From Octopus sinensis (Eukaryota): a stretch of DNA of 64,000 nucleotides. Within the stretch, counting starts at the first letter, position 1, and each line of letters opens with the position of its first letter. The stretch lies in NCBI RefSeq assembly GCF_006345805.1, contig NC_043023.1, forward strand, positions 13,454,001 to 13,518,000, in the 5' to 3' direction. Position numbers and translations under genes: made by a program. Positions 51,198 to 62,177 of the stretch are shown here, piece by piece. The notes beneath the pieces were generated by a model. It had not been told where the DNA came from. It saw only the letters and a list, made by a program, of their open reading frames with translations, and searched no databases.

Positions 51198-51288
51198 TTT
51201 TAGTACGATCGTTTCATACAAGGACAGGTTTTATTAAAAGTTGCAAAGATTACAGCATATAAACGAGTCCCGTACTCATCAGCTAAAA
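51198..51288 (-). ncRNA. Type I hammerhead ribozyme motif (left-arm mirror copy)
   Basis: Exact reverse complement of 51387-51477. Confidence 0.75.
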
Positions 51289-51386
51289 TACATGTAAGTT
51301 CTCTAGACATCCTAGTGTTTGAGGCTATACTCATTACTTCATGAGTATAGCCTCAAACACTAGGATGTCTAGAGAACTCACATGTA

Positions 51387-51477
51387 TTTTAGCTGATGAG
51401 TACGGGACTCGTTTATATGCTGTAATCTTTGCAACTTTTAATAAAACCTGTCCTTGTATGAAACGATCGTACTAAAA
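51387..51477 (+). ncRNA. Type I hammerhead ribozyme motif
   Basis: UUUUAG CUGAUGA GUACGGGAC..(41 nt)..GUCCUUGUAU GAAAC GAUC GUA CUAAAA. Stem I is 6 bp, stem II is 9 bp with one bulge, stem III is the palindrome ACGAUCGU. Predicted cleavage after A51471. Confidence 0.78.
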
Positions 51478-52041
51478 ACCTATCCATTCTTGTTGCTTCT
51501 TTCTCGCGTATATATATATATATATATATAATATATATATATATATCATCGTGATCGACCAGGCTATCAGATGTTGCTACACATCGCTGGTCACAATGCG
51601 CTTCACATTGTTTTAGCTTTCAAACGATGCCATCCCACTGGCTAAGTGAGCAGGCCGACAGAAGAAAGAGTGAGAGAAAGTTGTGGTGAAAGAGTACAGC
51701 AGGGTTCATCACCACCCCCTGTCGGAGCCTCGTGGAGCTTTAGGTGTTTTCGCTCAATAAACACTCACAACGCCTGGTCTGGGAATCGAAACCGCGATCC
51801 TACGACCTCGAGTCCGCTGCCCTAGCCACTGGGCCATTGCGCCTCCATATATATATATATATATAGGTGCAGGAGTGGCTGTGTGGTAAGTAGCTTGCTT
51901 CCCAACCACATGGTTCCGGGTTCAGTCCCACTGCGTGACACCTTGGGCAAGTGTCTTCTACTATAGCCTCGGGCCGACCAAGCCTTGTGAGTGGATTTGG
52001 TAGATGGAAACTGAAAGAAGCCCGTCATATATATATATATA

Positions 52042-52268
52042 TATTGGGTTGGTGTATAATTATTGCATTTTTTTTCAACAAAAAACAATAGCAACATGTA
52101 ACAAAAACATCTTTAAATGATTATTCTGGAGCATATTCACCATCTACTTCAATTACTGTTTCCCATTCACTTGGCAGATGGTCAGACCATCCATTTAAAG
52201 ATGTCTTTGTTAAATATTGTTATTGTTTTTGTTGGAAAAAGCCGCAATAATTATGCCCCAATCCAATA
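52042..52268. mobile_element. Tc1/mariner-like MITE
   Basis: TIRs tattgggttggtgtataattattgc / gcaataattatgccccaatccaata. Confidence 0.65.
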
Positions 52269-53025
52269 TATGTGTGTGTGTTTGTCCTCCTACCTTCGGT
52301 TCACAACCAATGTTGGTGTGTTTACGTCCCCGTAACTTAGCAGTTTGGCAAAAAGAGACCAATGGAATAAGTTCTAGGCTTACAAAGAATAAGTCCTGGG
52401 GTCGATTTGCTCGACTAAATGCGGTGCTCCAGCATGGCCACAGTCAAATGACTGAAACAAGTAAAAGAATAATATATATATTATATAAATGTACACACAC
52501 ATGCATATTTCCTGCCACCTTGTATACACACACACACACACATTTCTGCATACGTGTTTATAGGAGCCTGGTGCAGCCTCCTAGTTTACCAGTTCTCAGA
52601 CTGTCCAACCCATGCCAGCATGGAAAGCGGACGTTAAACAATGATGACGACCCATATATACATACAGACTTACATATACACATACACAAATACAAACCTA
52701 CATTTATATATGTATATATGTATGTATATATATATATGTATATATGCACCCCCAGATACATATACACTCACACACAAGCCTATGTGGCTTTTGACGTGCT
52801 AGACACAGCAGTGAAATCTTGCCTCAAATCACACCCTGCAATCATATAAGAAGACCCACATCGGGTAATTCAGTCCTACATACTGCTAAAAATAAAAAGG
52901 TGAGGAGGTCATGGCTAGAATATCTTTGATCATCAGTCTGTTTTCAACAATGGTTGACCTCCAGCTAAACTGCAATAATGATACACACACCACACACATA
53001 CCTACCTTTCTTTCACTATATATAT

Positions 53026-53068
<43 letters not shown>

Positions 53069-53226
53069 TATACATGTATATATAATATATAATAAGTTCA
53101 GCAAAAATTTAGATTCGAATGAATATGGTACTTAATTTAGATGCACCAGAATTCTGTATGGTGTTATCCATAAAAATCCTTGGAGTGATTATAATCAAAA
53201 TAAGCAACAAGAATGACTCCGGTAAT

Positions 53227-53312
53227 TTGGTACGATCGTTTCGTACTACATCATTTTATTAAGTGTTGTAAGTATTACAACAGTTTTAAAATGCTGAGCA
53301 CTCATCAGCCAA
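53227..53312 (-). ncRNA. Type I hammerhead ribozyme motif with a canonical core
   Basis: Minus strand: UUGG CUGAUGA GUGCU..long hairpin..AGUAC GAAAC GAUC GUA CCAA. G10.1-C11.1 is intact. Confidence 0.8.
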
Positions 53313-53317
53313 TTATA

Positions 53318-53348
<31 letters not shown>

Positions 53349-53887
53349 ATATATAAAACTAATAAAAAATGTTGCTTATTTGCAATTACATGGCAAAAGT
53401 GATGGAGGCTGTTGGCCAGTGCCAGTTATTGCTAGAAACAAGAGTTAAATTAACTCTGAGTTAATTTGATTTGTAGCTTTGGAGTTAAAGTTTTATTTTA
53501 GCATAAATGGTGCCACCCAGCGCCCTTTGTCACTTTTGTAACCAGTATTAATAGATATATGTGTGTGTCTGTGTGCAAATGAAAAATTTAAAATATTTGC
53601 ATTTTACAAAATGAAAGATGAAAATGTCGAAAGAAGAAATCTTTATAAGAATACTAAATCTGAAATTTAACCGAAAATAGCCAACACTCCATATAATAAA
53701 CAATGGTCAAAGAATATTTATGACGAAAACTAGAACTCTGAAAATAAAACCAGAAATGCATATACATATATATACACACACACACACACACATGTCTATG
53801 CACACAAGCATACGTATGTATACACATAGCAATATTTCTACACATCAATATATACAACCATAAATGTATCTACACGTGTGTGTGTGT

Positions 53888-53929
<42 letters not shown>

Positions 53930-54080
53930 ACATATATACATACATATATATACACACTTTGTCGTGCTACCATGGACTTCATATCTTTGCACATCTTTAC
54001 ATACATGCATGTATACATACATACATACATACATGCATACATACATACATATATATATACATACATACATATATACATAC

Positions 54081-54128
<48 letters not shown>

Positions 54129-56226
54129 ACACATGCACATACATATAAGCTATATACCACTACAAATCTATACACACAAGCATGTATATCTAGGAGACTG
54201 GAAAAATTTTCGGTTTTATTTATTCTCCATTACACATGTTCCATTTGCTAATAGGAATTACAAAATTGTACATGTAGGAGAAAACATACAAGATATCTCC
54301 TATTAGATATTCTAACACTATCTGCATAATATATATATATATATATATATTTAGTGTAAAAGTAAAGACCCTCTTTGGTCATGAATGACCATGGGATTGC
54401 ACCTGGAAAGTTCCTCTCCGAGGCACAAGTCCGGGCAAGGTTGTTTATGGAAGACTAGTAGTCACCCATGCATGCCATCCTCTCTTCTCCATGCCACTGA
54501 TGTCATCCAAGGGAAAGGCAAAGGTCAATACACCGGTGACACCGCAACTCATTTCTACAGCTGAATAAACTGGAGCGACATGAAACAAAGTGTCTTGCTC
54601 AAGAACACAACACACTACCCGGTCCGGGAATCGAACTCACTACCTCGTGATTGTAAGCTCGACACTCTAACCTCTGGGCCATATATAAAACAAAACAAAA
54701 GTAGAAATTATTTGATATTATTTATGTAAATAATAGCAAATAATTTCTTGTTTTGTTATACGATTAGTTGTCCAAATAATATTTACATAATTATTAATTT
54801 TACTGTGTAGGTCTGGCTAACATACAGCAGCAACTGAGACTACATATTGGATTGTAAAAATGGAATAAGCAGATGCTCTTCATAAGGGAACAGCTAAGAT
54901 TTACCCTAACTACCTATGTATATGAAATACGTGTCCATATACACAAGATTGAGTTATCGGCTGTTGGCCTCCACAAAAGAAAAGAAATATTAAATAACTC
55001 CATATCTCTTTCTGTACCCTCCCTTCTTCTCCATCTCTTACCCTCATTTACCTACCCCCACCCGTGTATATTGAACTCGTATTCTCTTGCTACCCTCTCG
55101 CCCATTTGATCTTGTTGGAAGAGCAGCAGCGATTGCAACTGTTGCATCAAATGTGCAGCACCAGATAAGATGGTTATAGTTGCAAAAATATGCAAGTGTT
55201 TTGCTGTTGCGACTCTTACTGCATTGACAGCTGTAATGGATGCAAAGCTGTTTGTATTCATAATTACACGAGTGATAGGGCTTGTTGTTGCATTCATAGC
55301 TGCACCTTTGATAGGACCTGTTGCTGCAGCTGTTAATGTTTGTAACTGCAACAGATGCAGGGCATGTGATGGCACCAAATGCATGTAGGGCTTGTAGTTG
55401 CAACAAATGTAAAGTTTTGTTTTTAAAACAACATTCACAGATGCAGGTAGGGCTTGTAGCTGCAAAAACAAGGTTTTGTTTTGTAAACACCATTCACAGC
55501 TGCAGAATTTTTGGTTGCACCAGATGCATGTAGGGCTTGTTGCAACATGTTTCTTTTTGTAAGTCTTGCTGCATTTGTTGCGGCAACATGCATGTCTTCT
55601 GGTTGCAACAGATGTCGGACTTTTTGCTACAATTGTTAATGTGTTTATAGTTGCAAGAGATGCAGGGCCTGGGGTTGCACCAGATGTACATAGCACCTGT
55701 AGCTGCAAAAAGTGCAAGATTTTGATTTTGCATTATGCACCGCATTTATGACAGGCCTTGTTCCTGCAGTTCTTAATGTATGGATTTCTTTACTGCCTAG
55801 AAGGGGCTAAACATAGAGGGGACAGACGAAGGGACTGAGTCGATTATATCGACCCCAGTGCGAAACTGGTACTTTATTTATCGACCCCGAAAGGATGCTC
55901 TTAATGTATGGAAGCTGCAACAGATGCAGGACTTGTAGCTGCTAGAGACGCAAGACTTGGGGTTGCACCAGACGTGTGCAGGACTAGTCACTGCAGCTGT
56001 TAAATGCATTTGTAGCAACAAAAGGTTTAACCCTTTAGTGTTCGCATTATTCTGCCAAAATTAATCCTTTTTTACCCACATTGTTTTGAACTAATCATGG
56101 ATTATCTTGTAGTTATGAGATTTTGATGAGGTAGTTGTTAATTTTTAAAACAATATTGTAGGGTCTTTCTCTGCTTAGAGGCTGAGGCAAAAGGGGCTGT
56201 GTGGTGGGCCCATATGAAAGGTTTAA

Positions 56227-56437
56227 CCCTTTAGGGTTCACATTATTCTGCCAAAATTAATGCTTCTTCATCTACATTGTTTTGAACTAATCATTCATTA
56301 ATCTTGTAGCTATGAGATTTTGATGAGGAGCTGTTAATTTTTAAAACGATATTGTAGGGTTGGTGTGAGAGACCAGATCTGGCCAGTTTGAACATAAAAC
56401 AGGCAGAATACTTTTGGCCGGTTTAAATGCTAAAGGG
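56227..56437. mobile_element. piggyBac-like MITE (TTAA target duplication)
   Basis: TTAA|ccctttag ... ctaaaggg|TTAA. A second left-end copy begins at 56031. Confidence 0.7.
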
Positions 56438-56730
56438 TTAAAGTTTTGATTTTGAAATTCACACTGCATTTGGGGCAGGACTTGCTGCTGCAGCTGTTAG
56501 TGCATTTGTAGCTGCAAGAGATGCAGGGCTTGTGCTTGCACCAGATTTAAGACTTGTTACTGTCACTGCAACAAATGTTCTTTTGCAACTCTCACTGCAT
56601 AGGTAGCTTCACCGGCGGTGCAATTTTTTGTTGCGTTTGTAAAGCATTTATAGATGCAACAGATGTGAATCTTGCAGTTACACCAGATCTATATAGTATG
56701 ACTTACAGCTGCAACAAATGAAGGACCTGT

Positions 56731-57657
56731 TGGATGGAAGCACTCCGTCGGTTACGACGACGAGGGTTCCGGTTGATCCGACCAACGGAACAGCCTGCTC
56801 GTGAAATTAACATGTAAGTGGCTGAGCACTCCACAGACACGTGCACCCTTAACGTAGTTCTCGGGGATATTCAGCGTGACACAGAGAGTGACAAGGCCGG
56901 CCCCTTGAAATGGATGGAAGCACTCCGTTGGTTACGACGACGAGGGTTCCGGTTGATCCGACCAACGGAACAGCCTGCTCGTGAAATTAACGTGTAACTG
57001 GCTGAGCACTCCACAGACACGCGTACCCTTAACGTAGTTCTCGGGGATATTCAGCGTGACACAGAGAGTGACAAGGCCGGCCCCTTGAAATGGATGGAAG
57101 CACTCCGTTGGTTACGACAACGAGGGTTCCGGTTGATCCGAATCAACGGAACAGCCTGCTCGTGAAATAACATGTAAGTGGCTGAGCACTCCACAGACAC
57201 GCGTACCCTTAACGTAGTTCTCGGAGATATTCAGCGTGACACAGAGAGTGACAAGGCCGGCCCCTTGAAATGGATGGAAGCACTCCGTTGGTTACGACAA
57301 CGAGGGTTCCGGTTGATCCGACCAACGGAACAGCCTGCTCGTGAAATTAACATGTAAGTGGCTGAGCACTCCACAGACACGTGTACCCTTAACGTAGTTC
57401 TCGGGGATATTCAGCGTGACACAGATTGTGACAAGGCTGGCCCTTTGAAATACAGGTACAACAGAAACAGGAAGTAAGAGTGAGAGAAAGTTGTGGTGAA
57501 AGAGTACAGCAGGGATCACCACCATCCCCTGCCGGAGCCTCGTGGAGCTTTAGGTGTTTTCGCTCAATAAACACTCACAACGCCCGGTCTGGGAATCGAA
57601 ACCGCGATCCTATGACCGCGAGTCCGCTGCCCTAACAACTGGGCCATTGCGCCTCCA
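56731..57657 (-). mobile_element. Head-B SINE with tail X reiterated 4 times (180-bp period)
   Basis: tggatggaagcactccg occurs at 56731, 56911, 57091 and 57271; the tRNA-like head ends at 57657. Confidence 0.85.
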
Positions 57658-59427
57658 CAGAAGGACATGTTACTGCACCGGATGTAGGAGTTGCATCTTT
57701 GACTTTTGTATCTGCCAGATGCAGGTACTGTTGATACTCCAGATGTAGGAATTGTAATTGGACCAGACTTATATAGAACTTGCAGCTGCACCAGATGTTA
57801 ATGTCTGTTAGAATTCTAGATGCACCAAATGCAGCTGCAACAGATTTTCCTTTTATCATTTACTTGTTTCAGCCATTATATTATGCCCATGCAGGGGCAA
57901 CGCCTTGAATAATTTTAGTTAAACCAATCAGTCCAAGTACTTTCTTATTATTTAAGCCTGCTATTTCTTCTATCAGTTGCTTTTGCTGAACTGCTAAGTT
58001 ATGGGGGATGCAAGCACCAATACTGGCTGTCACTGTATTGCCTGTTGCAACACATATGCATTTGTTGCAGCTGAAATGCTTTTCACTGCTCTTTGCTGCA
58101 TTTCCATTGCTGTTGTTACTGCACAAGTGTGCACCAGCTTGATACTTGCCATTGCACTTTTATATGCAACCTGTTGCCACAACAGTTCCTGCAATGCACA
58201 GCCTGTTGCAACACCTGTATACATGCATTAGTTGCAGTTACTGCATGATGTATTAAAAGTGCATCAGTCAATGCACTTCCTGTTGCAACAAATGTATCGC
58301 TTCGTCTGTCAGCACCGCTTGCATCATTTTCTGCAGCAATGATGTCACTTCATTTGTGAATGCACAACCACCTTGCAACATCTGGATTATTCACTACATG
58401 TCCAGCTATGACACCAGCAGCTGTAGCATCACTTGCAAAACATCTGCATTACAAGTTGCAACACATCTACACTGAACTTCCACAGTTTGCAATGCATCTG
58501 CATTAGTCAGTGCACAACACATCTGCATCGGTCATTGTGGCACACAGCTGTACACCATTTGCAAAAACATCTGCATTACCAGTTGCAACACATATCTACA
58601 CTTTCCATTGCACCACCAACTGCAAGTTATAATTGAATTAGTAACTGCACCACAAGCATTTGCAACGCATCTGCATCAGTCGCTGCACCGACAGCCACAA
58701 CACTCACCCCTATATTTGCCAATGTACCAACATCTGCAACGCATCTACACATTGCAGCACCAACTGCAACAGTTATAATTGCAACCATTTGCAACACATC
58801 TGCATCGACAGCCACAACACTCACCCCTACATTAGCCAATGTACCAATATCTGCAACACATCGCATCTACACTTTCCATTGCACCACCAACTGCAACAGT
58901 TATAATTGCATTAGTAACTGCACCACAAACCATTTGCAACACATCTGCATCAGTCGCTGCACCGACAGCCACAACACTCGCCCTATATTTGCCAATACCA
59001 ATATCTGCAACGCATCACATCTACACTTTCCATTGCACTTCAAGCTGCACACTTACACGTGCATCACTTACTGCACCACCAACAACAGCACTTGAACTCC
59101 TACACTCCTGTCACTGCATCACTAGCTGTCAATACATCCCTGCATCTGTCGCAGTGCTGCTTCTTGCCATCGTTATGCACCGACTGCATCTTCTACTGCA
59201 ACACCAGCTGCACACACCTCTCATTAATGACAAACAACAATATGAATTTTCTTTGTTTTTTTTGTCAATAAATTAAATTGATTTTTTACTTTGTTTCGTG
59301 TTTTATTTATTTGTTTTCGTTGCCCCTCCCCTCGTCGTTGTCCGTGGTCGGCACCTCTCACTTGCATGTTCTCGCAGCATGACACCTAACACTTGCTACC
59401 TGTATCTCTTCTTTTCCTGCCTAAAAT

Positions 59428-61580
59428 GATTTCCGTTTGACCGGCAGTTTTTTCTTTCAGCGTCATATGAAATTGTCACCCATAATTATAACCCTAGTAT
59501 CGATCTATTGCATTTCAATCTGTTTTAGGGTTAGGGTGGGTGAAGGGTATCTTTTTTTTCTTCACAAATGTAAATAAACCCAATCTGTTTCTTAAACGAG
59601 GGACATATTCACATGGCACAGAATGTTTTCACCTCAATAGACGTCATTGATTGGTTGAAATTGAAGAAAAAACAACAACAAATATCTCACAAACCATAGA
59701 ATTTTCTCAATAAAGCCAAGAGAAAAAGATGTTTTATAAACACATTCTACCAGTATACGAAGTTTAAAAGTGTTTAGTTACGTGGAAATTATTTTAAAAA
59801 ACTGCCGGTCAAACCGAAAAGACCCAAATATCTTACAAACTATAGAATTTTCTCAATAAAGCCAAGAGAAAAAGATGTTTTCTAAACACATTCTACCAGT
59901 ATACGAAGTTTAGAAGTGTTTAGTTACGTGGAAATTATTTTAAAAAACTGCCGGTCAAACCGAAAAGATCCCAAAATTATTTACTTTGTGTAAAAAATTG
60001 ATTTTGTGTTTTATTTACTTTGTTTTTAAAAAATTAGGATATTTTCCGTTTGAACGGCAGTTTTTCCTAGTGGTGTCATGAAATTGTCACCCATAATTAT
60101 GACCCTAGTATCAATCTATTGTATTTCAATCTGTTTTAGGGTTAGAGTGGGGGGGAAGGGTATATTTTTTTTTTCTTCACAAATGTAACACATGGTTCCG
60201 GGTTCAGTCCCACTGCGTGGCATCTTGGGCAAGTGTCTTCCACTATAGCGTTGGGCTGACCAAAGCCTTGTGAGTGGATTTGGTAGATGGAAACTGAAAG
60301 AAGCCCGTCGTATATATGTGTATATACATATATGCGTTTGTGTGTCTGTGTTTGTCCCCCTAGCATTGCTTGACAACCGATGCTGGTGTGTTTACGTCCC
60401 CGTCACTTAGCGGTTCGGCCAAAGTGACCGATAGAATAAGTACTGGGCTTACAAAGAATAAGTCCCGGGGTCGAGTTGCTCGATTAAAGGCGGTGCTCCA
60501 GCATGGCTACAGTCAAATGACTGAAACAAGTAAAAGAGAGAGTAAACCCAATCTGTTTCTTAAACGAGGGACATAGTCATACGGCACAGAATGTTTTCAC
60601 CTCAACAGACGTCATTGATTGGTTGAAATTGAAGAAAAGCAACAACAAATATCTCACAAACCATAGAATTTTCTCAATAAAGCCAAGAGAAAAAGATGTT
60701 TTATAAACACATTCTACCAGTATACGAAGTTTAAAAGTGTTTAGTTACGTGGAAATTATTTTAAAAAACTGTCGGTCAAACCGAAAAGATCTGTTAGGGT
60801 TAGGGGGAAGGGTATCTTTTTTACTTCAGAAATGTAAATAAACCCAATCTGTTTCTTAAACGAGGGACATATTCATACGGCAAAGAAGGTTTTTTTTCCT
60901 CCTCAATAGACGTCATTGATTGGTTGAAATAGCAGAAATTGAAGAAAAAAAACCAACAAAAATCTTACAAACTATAGAATTTTCTCAATAAAGCCAAGAG
61001 AAAAAGATGTTTTATAAACACATTCTACCAGTATACGAAGTTTAAAAGTGTTAAGTTACGTGGAAATTATTTTAAAAAACTGCCGGTCAAACCGAAAAGA
61101 TCCCAAAATTATTTACTTTGTGTAAAAAATTGATTTTGTGTTTTATTTACTTTGTTTTTAAAAAATTAGGTTCTTTCTGGTTTGAACGGCATTTTTTTCT
61201 AGCGGTGTCATATGAAATTGTCACCCATAATTATAACCCTAGTATCGATCTATTGCATTTCAATCTGTTTTAGGGTTAGGGGTGGGGGGAAGGGTATCTT
61301 TTTTTCTTCAGAAATGTAAATAAACCCAATCTGTTTCTTAAACGAGGGATATATTCATAAGGCACAGAATGTTTTCACCTCAATAGACGTCAGTGATTGG
61401 TTGAAATTGCAGAAATTGAAGAAAAAAAACAACAAATATCTTACAAACTATAGAATCTTCTCAATAAAGCCAAGAGAAAAAGATGTTTTATAAACACATT
61501 CTACCAGTATACGAAGTTTAAAAGTGTTTAGTTACGTGGAAATTATTTGAAAAAACTGCCGGTCAAACCGAAAAGATCCC
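59428..61580. mobile_element. Tandem cluster of ~5 full or partial copies of the 420-bp MITE, one carrying an S1 SINE (60188-60542)
   Basis: Repeated TIR aaaactgccggtcaaaccgaaaagatccc and an identical ~65-bp spacer before two copies. Confidence 0.85.
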
Positions 61581-62177
61581 TGTTTCAGGTGTTTGCCAAG
61601 TGACACCAAGGCATTGATGCAACATCTCAGGTGTACCTACACAAATGGGCCTCTACCTCAGCATTGTTACCTCATATCTTCCAAAAATATAATAAAACGA
61701 ATATTTTTCAATCAAATTTTTCCACGTGTGTCTTTCAGATTACGTAAATTCCGAATATATACGAATTCTTTGTGGAAAAACATTTTCCAAGATTGGCAAG
61801 AAGAGATTTTGGAATATTCACACAAATCAGGTGTGTTCCCCATAACATTTTAAAAAATGGGGGGTTTTAAATGAAATTTTCTCCAGATACCTTTTGGATA
61901 GCATAAATTCCAATTATATACAAAATTTTGTGGAGAAACATTTTCCAAGGTGAGTGACAAGAAGTTTTGGAAAATTCACGCGAATCAGGTGTGTTCCCTC
62001 GTGACATTTAGAAAAATGGATATTTTTTAATGAAATTTTCTCCAAATAATTTTCATATTGCATAAATTCCAATTATATACAAATTCTTTGTGGAAAAACA
62101 TTTTCCAAGGTGGGTGAGAAGTTTTGGAAAATTCGCATGAATCCGATGTGTTCCCTCGTGACATTAGAAACATTTTT

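Larger units (their letters stand above)
51168..51507. repeat. Near-perfect palindrome (167-bp arms, 6-nt loop, 1 mismatch)
   Basis: 51168-51334 is the reverse complement of 51341-51507 except for taag versus tgag. Confidence 0.95.
55130..59215. repeat. Degenerate TGCA-rich triplet-periodic repeat region in two opposite orientations
   Basis: ~55130-57845 reads AATSPASVAA-like on the minus strand; ~58030-59215 reads TSASVAAPTATT-like on the plus strand. Many stops and frameshifts, interrupted by SINEs and a MITE. Confidence 0.7.

Noticed and set aside
15227-57657. tRNA-like heads (15227, 16200, 29780, 38333, 51780, 57600) as tRNA genes
   Set aside because: Each runs into a repeated SINE body and lacks a complete acceptor stem, so they are SINE heads.
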